Shown one piece after another: positions 23,401 to 35,420 of a stretch of DNA of 64,000 nt (the first letter of the stretch is position 1; each line of letters opens with the position of its first letter). The translations under genes and the position numbers were made by a program. The stretch covers positions 5,456,001-5,520,000 of the forward strand of contig JBHGNT010000021.1 of NCBI GenBank assembly GCA_043228905.1, written 5' to 3'. The DNA is from Azolla caroliniana. Lineage: Eukaryota > Plantae > Polypodiophyta. The notes beneath the pieces are model-generated. The model had not been told where the DNA came from. It searched no databases and saw nothing but the letters and a program-made list of their open reading frames with translations.

Positions 23401-26400
23401 TCATCACGTAATTGCACCGTAAGGATGGATTGTCATTGCATTGCATATCAGTTAAACTAACTCTCGTGTCATTTTTGGACATGCTTGCTGGTTTCCACTA
23501 GGTTTACTTCATGTGGGAGCTACAAGAATAGATCCTTGTAATTATGTTGTTTTCAAAGCAATACGAAAATGTCGTCGCTTTTTGGTATGCTTTGGGTGGA
23601 TTCTCTTCCACTACTGTAATATCTCACACATGACTACGTGGTTCCATACTCTCTCTTGTCTCTCTTTACCTTTTTATCTGACATAAAAAATCAATCAAAC
23701 AAAAGTGATGCTCCTTCCACATTAAGGTTTTGCTTTGCAGGGTACTTATGTGCACAAAATGTTGGAGATCACGAAGAATAACAAGGAAAACATTGCTTCA
23801 TCTTCCATAGAATCTGAATGGACCTTGTAGGTTCAAGGGCATATGATTGGAGAAATACAACTTTTATATCCTTAGTTGGAGCGTGGAGATTGTGTGACAA
23901 CTTCAAAAACTCAGCAAAATTTAGTCCTACGATAAAGGTTGCACAAATGGAATAAAACTTACAAGGACCTACATGTATGATTGCTTGCCCCCTAGAAAAG
24001 AACGCAATTTCACTTTAAATCTAGAATTTGGTTAACCTGATGTTTTTCCATCAAAGAGAATGTTTAAATTTATATCGAAATCTTGAACATGTTGTGGTTC
24101 TGATTACGAAATTGATTTGTATCACACAGTCATTGATCTCACTCGAACAACATTCTTTTGTTCATATGAATTTGATTTCATTTATGTGATACATCGTTAT
24201 TATTTCTTGCTTTTCACACGTGTGTTGGTGTCAGATAAATAATTCAATTGAATTTTAATGTCTTTAAGTAAGATTGCATTTGGCGAGATCAAAGAATACC
24301 TCCACATTCCAATTGATAGCAAGTACATACTTTCATCTACTAAGAAGGTGAGACAATGCACATGTCTCAACTTTCATGGAAACGAAGAGCACCATAACAT
24401 TGGTGGCTTCTCTAATGTTAATTTGAGATTAGAAACCTACATAGAGATCCTAGACATATCACATATCACCTAAAGCAATGATTCCAAACTTAGAACCGTG
24501 TAATACTTTTGCATTTTTTTTTCTTTGATAGTAAGTGAAGTGACATGAAGACTTTAAATGTTCGACAAAGTCGTCATCATAACACCTACATCAACAAAAA
24601 ATGTACCAAAGAAACGTAGTTGAAATTTGTAAATGAGATACCCAATCTCTTCGAAGTGGTTATAAAAGATGTCTTTGTAAGTATGAAATTTGGTATGTTT
24701 AGGTGATTTCAATATTATCTCTTGATCTGCTTACATATTTTATCCATGACACATTGGATCACAAGTATTGAGGCAATCACTTTGAAGTCAATGTATGCTC
24801 ACATATTCTATAAGGGTTGTATGGATACATGCGTCGGGTGTTTAAAGTACTCTATATTAAACATTGGTTGAGGTACTTGCACATTCATAGAGAGTCGGGC
24901 CTTTCAAAGGCTATACACAATGTCGGATGTAGCTTTATGGCAATCACTTTTAAGGTCACTATACATTCACCATACCTTATTAGAAATTAAATTTTGTCAT
25001 GCATTGACACATTTTCTTCAATATATTGTATATGCACATGCCATGTACATGATAAATGGGTTTACAATGGAAAGGCTCAAAAAAAGTGACTTCATTAAAG
25101 TTTTCAACATATGATGACATGACGACTTTTGTTATTCATGAATTATATGGCTTGAAGGCAACATCTATCTACAATGATATTTTGATTCAACCACGTCGAA
25201 GACAAAGTTACCATGCCATGTAAGGTTTGAATCCAAAGTTCAAAGCATGGTGAAGCCATAATGATATTGTTGGATGTGGAGAAAGGGAGATTACATCACA
25301 TCTAAATCACAATGTGTTCGTAATGTCTGATCATTTGCTCTCACAATACTTCATTTTACCATCGACAGATGCCTAAGCTCCTCTTATTCTAGGCAAGACT
25401 ACTTGCGGATTAAAACTTATAAAGGTTTAAATAAAGTGAAGTTTGCAAATAAGCTACCTAGTTCCACACTACATCAATAAACATAACTCTAATGTTTTGA
25501 CCATTTCCGGGTGAGAGATCTCCCTCCACCGCCATGGTAATGTAAACGTATTGATAAAGACATAGTGTAGCATCTCATATCTTATCATCCTTGTATGTGG
25601 TCTCGACCACATTATTTGTAAATAACGAACAATTGAATGCATAACAAAATTTCCGATGCATTGCTTCTAATTATGCATGTGTCAATGGATTATGAATTAA
25701 CTTATAAAGATAAAATGTGGAAGAGAGAGGAGTTTGAAAACCCAAATACAAGTAGGTAATTAGAATGAAGATAAATGTTTTGTTGGTTCAATTTTTCTAA
25801 TAGAATGCCAAATGTTTTTCTTTATTAAGCATAGAGAAGCATTTCCCTTTTTCATTAGAAATATTATGATATCCCTACACAGAAATAGGGGATGAGGCTA
25901 GGAAAAAGGAGATAAATACATCTCTTTCCACCTAATGGAAATGGGTCTTCAAGGAGATGTCTCGTTTGACAAACATACATAATGTTTATTCAATTTGCCC
26001 TTTAGTGTGAATCCGACATTTATGAACATTGGTTGTTCAAAAGTATATATATTTCATCGTACATTATGACTAGCATAGGCGAATAGTGAAGATAAAAAAG
26101 GTTACAAGTGGTCGTATACTCATTGATAGTACTGTGAATAATTTTACAATGGGCCATAACTATTATGAAGGGAAATTTATGGGAAGCGACATCACTCTCT
26201 AACACACACACTCGTAATGAATGGACAAAACTTTCATAGGATGTATTTAACATGCCAAACGCACGAGAAGTCCACAAGCATAATGTACTGTAAATTAGTT
26301 AAGATATAATCACGAGATAGTACACATTAAGCAACCAAGATAGAGCCAAAAGAATGTCACCGACGTTGTTCACATGATTGGGGTCCTATTCACTCCACCT

Positions 26401-28290
26401 ATTGGCCAGCCTTTTTTTCTCTAGGTGTATTGATATGATTTATGGATCTCAAAAGCAAGAAGAACATATAGCCCAAAAGTCATGGAGTGCTATGTATGCG
26501 TGCATAACACACACATACATTATCGTCATCATATAATATTAGGGAGCGCATTCATATGATCCATTGTTGACGCACAATCAACTCTACACATGAAGCTTGA
26601 GCCACAAACAAATGTTGGTGCAACCTAAAAAGGCATCGATGTTGAAACACCTCCACCAATAGTAAACCATCTGGAAAATAGGCATAAATGTCACAATATG
26701 CAACATAAATATTGAGGTATTTGTGAATGTTTAAGTAGATACTTACCTATCAACTCCTTGAAATTCATAAAAGTGCCCAAGTGATCGGTGAGAAAGGATG
26801 GTTATCGCGAACTTACATGGACATATTAAGATTTTTGGAAATAAATAGCTAACCAAGTAAACTAACTCGATCAAATGTGGCCCTCATTGTTTGTGAAAAT
26901 AATCACATTACGTGAAAAATAAATGGCAAGTTCAATCTATTCTTTATGTCGTTTTCATAACTTAAAGCATAGAGTTGAATATTGCCAAAAAGGTGTTGGA
27001 ATGGTTGTTTAAAACATAGCAATTGGCATGCTATTTGCAATAAAATTCGAGCTAGTTTGGATTGTCATGGTAGTGGTAAACCGACTTTATGTGACACGTG
27101 GACGGATAACTATAATTATCGTAAGACATGTTCTTGTACCCATTAGTTTTGCATTATTAGAGTTGGTTGACACGAACATTAACTCATTTCATAGGAAGTA
27201 GAGGAGCGCGTGCTTGTTATTTTGACAATCATGATTATTTTGTAGTGAAAATCATAATATAATTTGAACAATAACCAATATTAGGTGACATTAGTTCTCG
27301 AATAAAAATTCACTCCACTATCCGGCACGAAATAGATCACTACATACCTACATCCATATAATATATAATCAATGGAAATGCTTCATGCTTACTCGTAATG
27401 AGCACACGTTGCTAGGGTGTTGAATGTATCAATTAGAATAATCCATGTTAAATGATGCAATAATTTAAACGACTTTTCTTGAGCAAGGCCATAGGACGTG
27501 TGATTATTTCTTGCTACAAAATTGGCCTTTTGCATTAGAGGACCAAAGTATTCAGATCTAGAATAAAGTTATACGTATGATGATAAAGGTTTCCAACTCA
27601 TCGATTTTCAAACTCAACCAAAGAAAACGTAAATGATATTGGAAAAAAATATTTTCTTTCTCTATATTTAATTCATTGGTGTGTGTGGGTTTAGAATAGT
27701 GTTCACACAACCTAATTTGGTAGTTGAACACAAATGAGTGCATCCTAGATGGATCCTTTGCACATTGGTTGAAACCACAAAATACATTGAGAAAGACGAT
27801 TTTCAAAACTTGCGAGCCAAGGTGAACCATATACACCTCTCGAGCCTTGTTCGATTGGGGTTAACACAACCAAGTGTAATGTGAGAAAGCATAATGAGTG
27901 TCTCTTGAACCAAGAGGAGACACTTTAATGCGTGCTCGATGACATTAAATATAACGTAAACATGATTAGAACCCATATATACCCTCGAAAGGGTCTCAAA
28001 ATATCCACTACATCCTTTCATTTTGCCTCTTTAACTTTAGGAGAAATAGGCTTTAACCAACCAGAAAGCATCGTGTTTCTTTTTGTTAATGTTTTTTTAT
28101 ACATTTTTTTTTTTATATGTACTCTTGCAAAGCTGTTACATATGCACTACTACTTTGGCTCAAACTTACTCTAATTACGTGTGCGACACATCTCCTGTTT
28201 CAACACACTCTAACTTGCTTCAACTAGGCTAAAGCATAATAGATAATTTGTCCATGTTTTTTGTTCAAGTTGTGTCGTTGTCTAGGGTAA

Positions 28291-28293
<3 letters not shown>

Positions 28294-28344
<51 letters not shown>
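28294..28344. repeat. (CT)n microsatellite
   Basis: Perfect dinucleotide run of ~25 units. Confidence 0.95.
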
Positions 28345-28346
<2 letters not shown>

Positions 28347-31300
28347 ATCTCAAGAATTAAGCTAACTCTAATTGACCGGAGGAACATTTCATGCATGTGT
28401 TCCAAGGGTTGGATTACACTCGTTTGCAACTTGTCCTTTAAATCCTACCATGTGAATATGTATTTTTCTCAATTACATATTACTATTTGTATATGGATTT
28501 TGAAAATTGGTACTTTGTGTCAAAAAGGAAACATACATGACCATTCACCATATACACATAGATGTTTTCTTTTAGGATAGAAGAACTGAGGTGCTTCGAG
28601 AGTGATTTCCCAATCATTAGATCAACCAACGTCCCGACAGATTCCATATTGGTCTAAAACCACTGGGAATGGCCTTAAAAGATGCAATATAGGGCCATAG
28701 GTTTTATGTTTGAACAAGAGAGAAGAATAAAAGGTGCTAACATGCCTCTGCTTTGTGATTGTAATTTGTTCCTAGATTGACTCTTACTTATCCCAATGCC
28801 ATTTTTCAGCATGAGGATGATAGTTTCTTGTGGGATTTATCGAGTTGTGTTCATGACAGAAGATTCCACCAAGCTGTTCTAGAGAAATGAGAAACTAATC
28901 GTTCTCAAAACGAGGATCAAAGTGTATCGTATATACATTTTGCACTTTAACATTCATATATCCCATTTGTAAAGGGAGAGTAGTACATGTCATGTATTCG
29001 GTTACATACATGTGAAAGTATACGACACACATAACAAAAAACAAGTACCATTTTTCTTTGAAATTTTGAATACATTTGAAATCCCCTATTCTCAATATTG
29101 CAAAATCATTATCGGAATGTTAGTTACACCTCATATAAAGTAACTAGCTTGACTTTTAAAATGGTTTTTTGGCGGGATAAATTTGACCCCAATGGCAAAC
29201 GAGAGAGCACATTGCTTGCATAAAGCATTCATTGAATTGTTGAACTACAAAAGAGACAACTAATTCAACAAAAACCATATAAATTCTATGAGATCTAATA
29301 AAATACATAGGAATTACTACACAAGGGTGGAATCATGGATCTATCCAAGGGGGAGACTATTCTCTCGCAAGGGGCATCCGTTGATAAAGTCTTTTCTTAG
29401 CTTGAAACAAGACACATGGGAGCTTTGTTGCAAGATGCACATTCTGACTTGTAACTCCAAGGCAAGGAACACAATGATGTGAAGGTTTCAACAACTTGCA
29501 ATATTAGTGTATAGAAAGGCCGATTTCAAATGAGCAAAACCCAAATCTTGAAAATCTATGTATTCATTGCTATGAAGTGGCTAATCCCAACTTTTGTGCA
29601 AACTTCTTCATTGCTCGATATGAGCTCGAGCATGTGATTCAAAGGCAAGGTTTGTTGTTACACTTGCCCATCCTTTGTCGATGGTTACGCGACCATGTGA
29701 CTCAAAGGCAAGGTTTATTGTAACAACTTGCGAAATAAATATTTATGAGGTGACCTATCTTAGGAAATGGGGGCCAATGTTTACTGTGGAAAATGCTACA
29801 ATTTCATTACTTTTCCCCAAAATAAATAATTATGAGGTAACCTATTTCCCATGAGAATTGCTAAGAATTTCATGCCACGGAACTTCAATTTTTTTGAAAG
29901 AATGAATAACAAAATCTCCCACCAAATCGCAAAAAACTTCAATGCTTTAGAGATATTGGCATATAGTGGTTTATGGTTTAAACTTGTTGAAGCCATGACA
30001 TCATAGAATCCTTGTTGATAGACTCAACAAAAAATTAATGTGAATGTCTTGCTACCCTTAGGTTCTTGGACATTGTCGAGTTGACTTATACCCCTCATAT
30101 TCACAAAAATCTCAAAATACATAAACCCTAAACCCCATTAATTTGTGATTGAATCTATTGAATGCACCATTACGATCTATCTTTCACGACTTTCTTGAAT
30201 GCAATAGAGTGACCTCTTTGGCATAGCAAGTAGTTAATATGGCCATAAAAGGCAGCATCATTTAGAGTAAATAGATACATTGCCTGATCGTGGTCTCCTC
30301 TTGTCATTATATCTCAACTCAAGTTCAAGAATGCATAATACGAACATCATCAACTTGAGGTAAGGCCAGAATCACATTGAGTCAACCAATAATAAAAAAT
30401 GAAAACTTAAAGAAACCGACTTCCCAGTTTAAACAAGAGATGATCAACTAATTTTGAGAGATTAATTTGTTAAGCAATATGCAATGTTGTTGAACTGGGG
30501 CTATATATCACGTCAAAGATTAGAAGAAGTATTTTATGCTCATATTCCGATCCATTTCTTGTTATAAAGGTCCAAATGATACTCATTTATGTCCATACTA
30601 CTTTAGAGCTCAACGATAAGTTTTCTCTCTCGACTCTTCTCTCCCTCTCTCTCTCTCTCACACACACGCACGCACACACACACACACACACACATTGTAG
30701 TTAGTTTCCGAATGGTTATATCGTCATTTGTGATGGCCCTGGAACTCAATGAGACAATAACAAAATACTGTTTGGGGTGGAGGGGAGGGTTGGGTTTGAT
30801 TAAGTGACCTAAAGATTGATTATAGAGATAAGGGTGTAATGAAACGCCTTGGGAAATAGAAAAAGATGACAAGAAAAATGTGTGTGTGCACATGGAAGGT
30901 TGCATTGCGCGCCAAATTGTATTTGAGGGCCCAAAAAAAAAGGGAAGAAATAAAAAGAGTAAAGAAAATTGGAAGAAAAGGAACAATGGAAAAAGAAGAA
31001 GAAGAAGAAAACACAAGCCAATAAGAGAGAGAGAGAGAGAGGCAAATAAATGAACAAAGAAAAATATAGAAAAAGAGAGAAGAGAAAAAGGTTACCCAAA
31101 AAAAGGGAAAAAACAAGAGCAAAGAAATTTGGAGAACATGGGCTTGGGGAAGAAGGGGGAGAGTTCGGATCCCACCGGGGAAAGGGGCCATAGTCCCCAA
31201 GACAAGGACATGGGGTGCGTATGTCTCGAACAAGTTTGGAGATGGCCGGATCGAGTGGGGGCAATGTATATCTATGTGTGTGTGAGGTTCCAAGTTCGAT

Positions 31301-31750
31301 AATACGCCGGAAGGCGACAAATGTATATCTGTCTATGTATGTTGTGTGAATCTTGGCATATGACAAAAGATGTGCAAAAGTTGTGGCATGCCGGGGGGAA
31401 TGTGCGAAAAAAGTCTTCTCTTGAGTGAGGCTCCGAATGTGTATCTCCAAATGTGTATACATACATACATGCATACATACATATGTATATATATAGTCTT
31501 TACGCCTTAATTTTGATCGAGCCTGTGGGGTTGGGGGTTAAAAGCCGATTGTGATCCGGTAAGAGAAAAGAAGAAGAAGAAGAGAAAAGGTGTGCCCACA
31601 CGGTTTTGTTTGGGTGGTGGTGGTGGAGTGGAGAGAAACATGGGAGAATAAAATACATACATACATATAGTGAGAGACTGTAATTGCTGTAGTAGTAGTA
31701 GTAGTAGAGTAGTGGAGAGTAATAGGGGAAGCACCTCTCTCTTTCATGGG

Positions 31751-32180
31751 CCAATTTTGGTCTTAGAAGATGTTAATATATCTTTCTTTCTTTCTTTCTC
31801 TCTCTCTCTTATTTGCGCACGTGTCAAACCATCAAATGTCCGTGTTCATACGCCTCCTTTTCTCTCTTTCTCTCCCACGATGTATTAGTACAATGGTAAG
31901 GCTTCAATTTATCCAATTTTGGTCTTAGAAGACGTTAATATATCTTTCTCTCTCTCTCTCTCTTTATTGTTTATATGTTTGGAGCCAGGTCACCTCTCGC
32001 TAATAGCAAGCTGGCATACGCAATACGCATACGCATATACGCGTATAAGTTGTAGTAATAATAGACAAAAACAAAGGAATCACACACGCTATACATATAC
32101 ATATACCAATTATCATATACGTACATAGATAGACAAAAAAGAAAGAAAGATGTATTAACGTCTTCTAAGACCAAAATTGG
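31751..32180. repeat. ~40-bp motif present twice direct and once inverted
   Basis: CCAATTTTGGTCTTAGAAGAYGTTAATATATCTTTC at 31751 and 31913; reverse complement at ~32141-32180. Confidence 0.8.
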
Positions 32181-32289
32181 CATACCAATTATCGTATACA
32201 CACAGACGGGACACAAGCTCATTCATTTTACACATACGAGACATACATACAAACAACACGTACAATGCATATGTACACACACATACGGT

Positions 32290-32414
32290 ACATACATACA
32301 TATGCATACATACAATACGTACATATTTACATATACATATACATATATACATACATATACACACACACACACATATATACATACATATACATTACATATA
32401 CATTACATATACAT

Positions 32415-32454
<40 letters not shown>

Positions 32455-32475
32455 GACATACATATATGTATACAT
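32290..32475. repeat. Compound (TACATA)n/(CA)n microsatellite
   Basis: Directly visible low-complexity run. Confidence 0.9.
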
Positions 32476-32913
32476 CATAGTGATCACACACATACACACA
32501 CAGCTCATCCATGAAAGCTGGCATACATAATACAGAATCTAGATAGATATATACTACAAACATACATACATAGATCAGGTGTTGACCTCTGTATGTATCA
32601 TGTATGTATGTATAATGTATGTATGTGTGTGTGTGTGTGTGATCATCCCCTCCTTCAAAGAGTGGGCCATCCATCCATGTAGAATCCATAAGCTGAGCAT
32701 GCATGCATGCATGCATTCATCCACTGATTCTCTCTCTCTCTCTCTCTCTCTCTCTACCCCTACTTATTTAGAGACAAACAGAGAACTTATCTCTGACAAC
32801 CTTCATATCTCTCCTTCCTTCCTTCCCTTTTCTATACCAAGCAAGCATTCTAAGAAAAGGCTGCTGCTGCTTGCTACCCTCCTCTCTCTCTTGACAGTTT
32901 TCTTCCTCTGTAA

Positions 32914-32945
<32 letters not shown>

Positions 32946-33127
32946 CATCTTCTTCTTGATCCATAACTGACTCTTTTTTGCTTGCTTCACAGAAGAATTA
33001 ACACAAATCGAGGGCCATAATACCCTTCCATATACAACAACACAACACACACACTCAACACACACACACACACACACACATAAGTACAGAGTGAAACTCA
33101 CACCTCACATCTCATCTTCCTGCTTTC

Positions 33128-33149
33128 AAGCAGTGGTATCAACGCAAGT
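33128..33149 (+). other. SMART/ISPCR adapter-like sequence (probable artefact)
   Basis: AAGCAGTGGTATCAACGCA-AGT versus adapter AAGCAGTGGTATCAACGCAGAGT: 19-nt exact match, 22 of 23 with one deletion. Confidence 0.7.
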
Positions 33150-33199
33150 GCAGGAGATGGTAGTGATTTAATGCAACTCGCGGATTTGCATTACTTAAC

Positions 33200-35107
33200 A
33201 TGAGCACAATGCTTCGGATTTGTGTCTTCTTCTTCCTCTTCTTCTTCTTCGCGTTCTCGCAGCTGCCGCCTTCTTCTTCGTCTACTTCGGCTACTTCGGC
33301 TTCTTCGGCTTCTTCGACTTTGCTGCACACGATCGATGAGCTATGGATACAAGAGCAGCAGAGGCTCCACATACAGCAGCACTACCACCACCATCACCAT
33401 CATCATCATGATGAAGCAGCTGGAGCAGGAGGAGTAAGACGAATGATCCTAGATTCTTCTTCTTATTCTCCATCACCACCACCATCATCATCATCTGGTA
33501 CAACAGTTTTCTACCAAGGCCTGGAGTTCGATAACCCTCGCCTCCGCGATGCCTACATTGCTCTGCAGGCATGGAAGAGAGCCATATACTCAGACCCATA
33601 CAACGTGACAGGGTCATGGGTAGGGGATGATGTGTGTGTCTACCATGGGATCTACTGTGCCGATGCATTGGACGATCCTTGCTTGGAGGTTGTGGCAGGG
33701 ATCGATCTCAACCACATGGACATCGCTGGATACCTCCCTGAAGAGCTAGGGTTACTCACAGATCTAGCCCTAATCCATCTCAATTCCAACAGGTTCTGCG
33801 GCATCCTGCCATTGAGCTTCCAGAAGCTGAAGCTCCTGTTCGAGCTCGACCTCTCCAACAACAGATTCGTGGGGGGTTTCCCCAAGGTCACACTCACCCT
33901 GCCATCGCTCAAATTCTTGGACCTTCGCTTCAACGATTTCGATGGGCCCATACCTGCCGACCTGTTCCAGAAGGATCTGGATGCCATCTTCATCAACAAC
34001 AACCGATTCAGCACAGGGATCCCGCCTACCCTAGCCCTCTCTCCTGTCTCGGTCCTTGTCATCGCCAACACGCACCTCTCCGGCTGCCTCCCCGACGGCC
34101 TCGGCGGCATGAGCTCCAACCTCAACGAGCTCATCCTCCTCAACAACAACCTCTCTGGCTGCCTTAACCCTAGCATTGGCCAGCTCTCCGGCCTTACCGT
34201 CTTGGACCTCAGCTCCAACCACCTCTCCGGCCCCCTCCCCGAGACCCTCGCCTTGCTCGACAACCTCCAGCAGCTCAACGTCGCCCACAACCGCTTCTCC
34301 GGCGACGTCCCCCCCGAGATATGCGCTCTCCCTGACCTCCAGAACTTCAGCTTCTCCGGGAACTTCTTCCGCGAAGAGGCCGCGAACTGCCTGGCTCTGC
34401 CCAGCCTCGGCTCCGCGTTCTCCGACGCGGGGAACTGCATCTCGGGCAGGCCGGCGCAGCGACCGGCGGCCGATTGCGCGGCCGAGGCCGCGTCCGAGAA
34501 GAAGTGTGATGAGATTGTGTGTGCATTGGCATCACCACCATCTCCAACTCCATCTCCTCCATCTCTATCTCCTCCTCCTCCTCCACCACCACCACCACCA
34601 CCACCACCATCTCCATCCCCACCTCCACCATCTCCATCTCCTCCTCCTCCATCACATTCCCCCCCTCCTCCTGAATTGTCGCCGCCTACGCCATCACCGA
34701 TCTCTCCATCCCCGACCCCTCCGCATCACCACCACCACCACCATCACCATCACTCAAATGCACCACCACCACCACCACCATCACCTCCTCCTCCTTCTCC
34801 TCCTCCATCGCCACCTCCTCCATCGCCACCACCTCCTCCACCATCACCTCCTCCCCCTCCACCATCACCTCCTCCCCCTCCTCCCTCACCTCCTCCCCCA
34901 TCGCCACCTCCTCCTCCCCCATCGCCTCCCCCGCCTCCCCCATCTCCTCCTCCTCCCCCTCCATCGCCTCCCCCTCCCTCCCCCCCACCTCCATCTCCCT
35001 CACCCCCCCCGCCATCGCCTCCTCCTCCGTCTCCCCCTCCTCCGTCCCCTCCCCCTCCCCCGTCTTGCCCACCTCGCCGACACCACAATCGCCCCCCTCG
35101 CAATTAA
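33200..35107 (+). CDS. LRX: Leucine-rich repeat extensin (LRX/PEX family), intronless, 635 aa
   Basis: Hydrophobic signal peptide, LRX N-terminal domain (AYIALQAWKRAIYSDP, VAGIDLNH.DIAGYLP.ELGLLTDL), LRRs, Cys-rich hinge and Ser-Pro3-6 extensin repeats. Confidence 0.93.
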   Translation: MSTMLRICVFFFLFFFFAFSQLPPSSSSTSATSASSASSTLLHTIDELWIQEQQRLHIQQHYHHHHHHHHDEAAGAGGVRRMILDSSSYSPSPPPSSSSGTTVFYQGLEFDNPRLRDAYIALQAWKRAIYSDPYNVTGSWVGDDVCVYHGIYCADALDDPCLEVVAGIDLNHMDIAGYLPEELGLLTDLALIHLNSNRFCGILPLSFQKLKLLFELDLSNNRFVGGFPKVTLTLPSLKFLDLRFNDFDGPIPADLFQKDLDAIFINNNRFSTGIPPTLALSPVSVLVIANTHLSGCLPDGLGGMSSNLNELILLNNNLSGCLNPSIGQLSGLTVLDLSSNHLSGPLPETLALLDNLQQLNVAHNRFSGDVPPEICALPDLQNFSFSGNFFREEAANCLALPSLGSAFSDAGNCISGRPAQRPAADCAAEAASEKKCDEIVCALASPPSPTPSPPSLSPPPPPPPPPPPPPSPSPPPPSPSPPPPSHSPPPPELSPPTPSPISPSPTPPHHHHHHHHHHSNAPPPPPPSPPPPSPPPSPPPPSPPPPPPSPPPPPPSPPPPPPSPPPPSPPPPPPSPPPPPPSPPPPPPSPPPPSPPPPSPSPPPPSPPPPSPPPPSPPPPPSCPPRRHHNRPPRN

Positions 35108-35108
35108 C

Positions 35109-35143
<35 letters not shown>

Positions 35144-35319
35144 CCCCTCTTCCCCTCCCCTCCTCCCAATTCTAACTGATTCCTAACCCAACACCACACC
35201 TACACTCTTGTGGAAGGGGGGAGCTGGCCTCGGCTCTTCTCTTGCGCCTCTTCGCCCACCGGATTCATCCATCTCCTTCCCCCCCCCTACTTCGAATCGA
35301 ATCGAATCGAATCGATCCG

Positions 35320-35420
35320 GCTTAAATTCCCTAATTCACATTTGCTTGAAATTCCCTAATTCACATTTGCTTAAAATTCCCTAATTCACATTGGCTTAAA
35401 ATTCCCTAATCCACATTCGC
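35320..35420. repeat. 25-bp tandem repeat, 4 copies, downstream of LRX
   Basis: GCTTAAAATTCCCTAATTCACATTT repeated. Confidence 0.9.

Noticed and set aside
20500-27500. Possible decayed DNA-transposon coding relics (faint KDZ- or MULE-like words near 22050, 24720 and 26560)
   Set aside because: Only a few residues resemble motifs, frames are full of stops and no termini were found. A frameshift-aware search against transposase HMMs would decide it.
30603-33101. Many overlapping ORFs of 66-221 aa
   Set aside because: They derive from microsatellite and purine-tract low complexity and show no domain signatures.
33222-35186. Long alternative-frame and antisense ORFs over LRX (e.g. 34176-35186, 33652-34440)
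   Set aside because: Shadows of a GC-rich, repetitive CDS that lacks stop codons in other frames.
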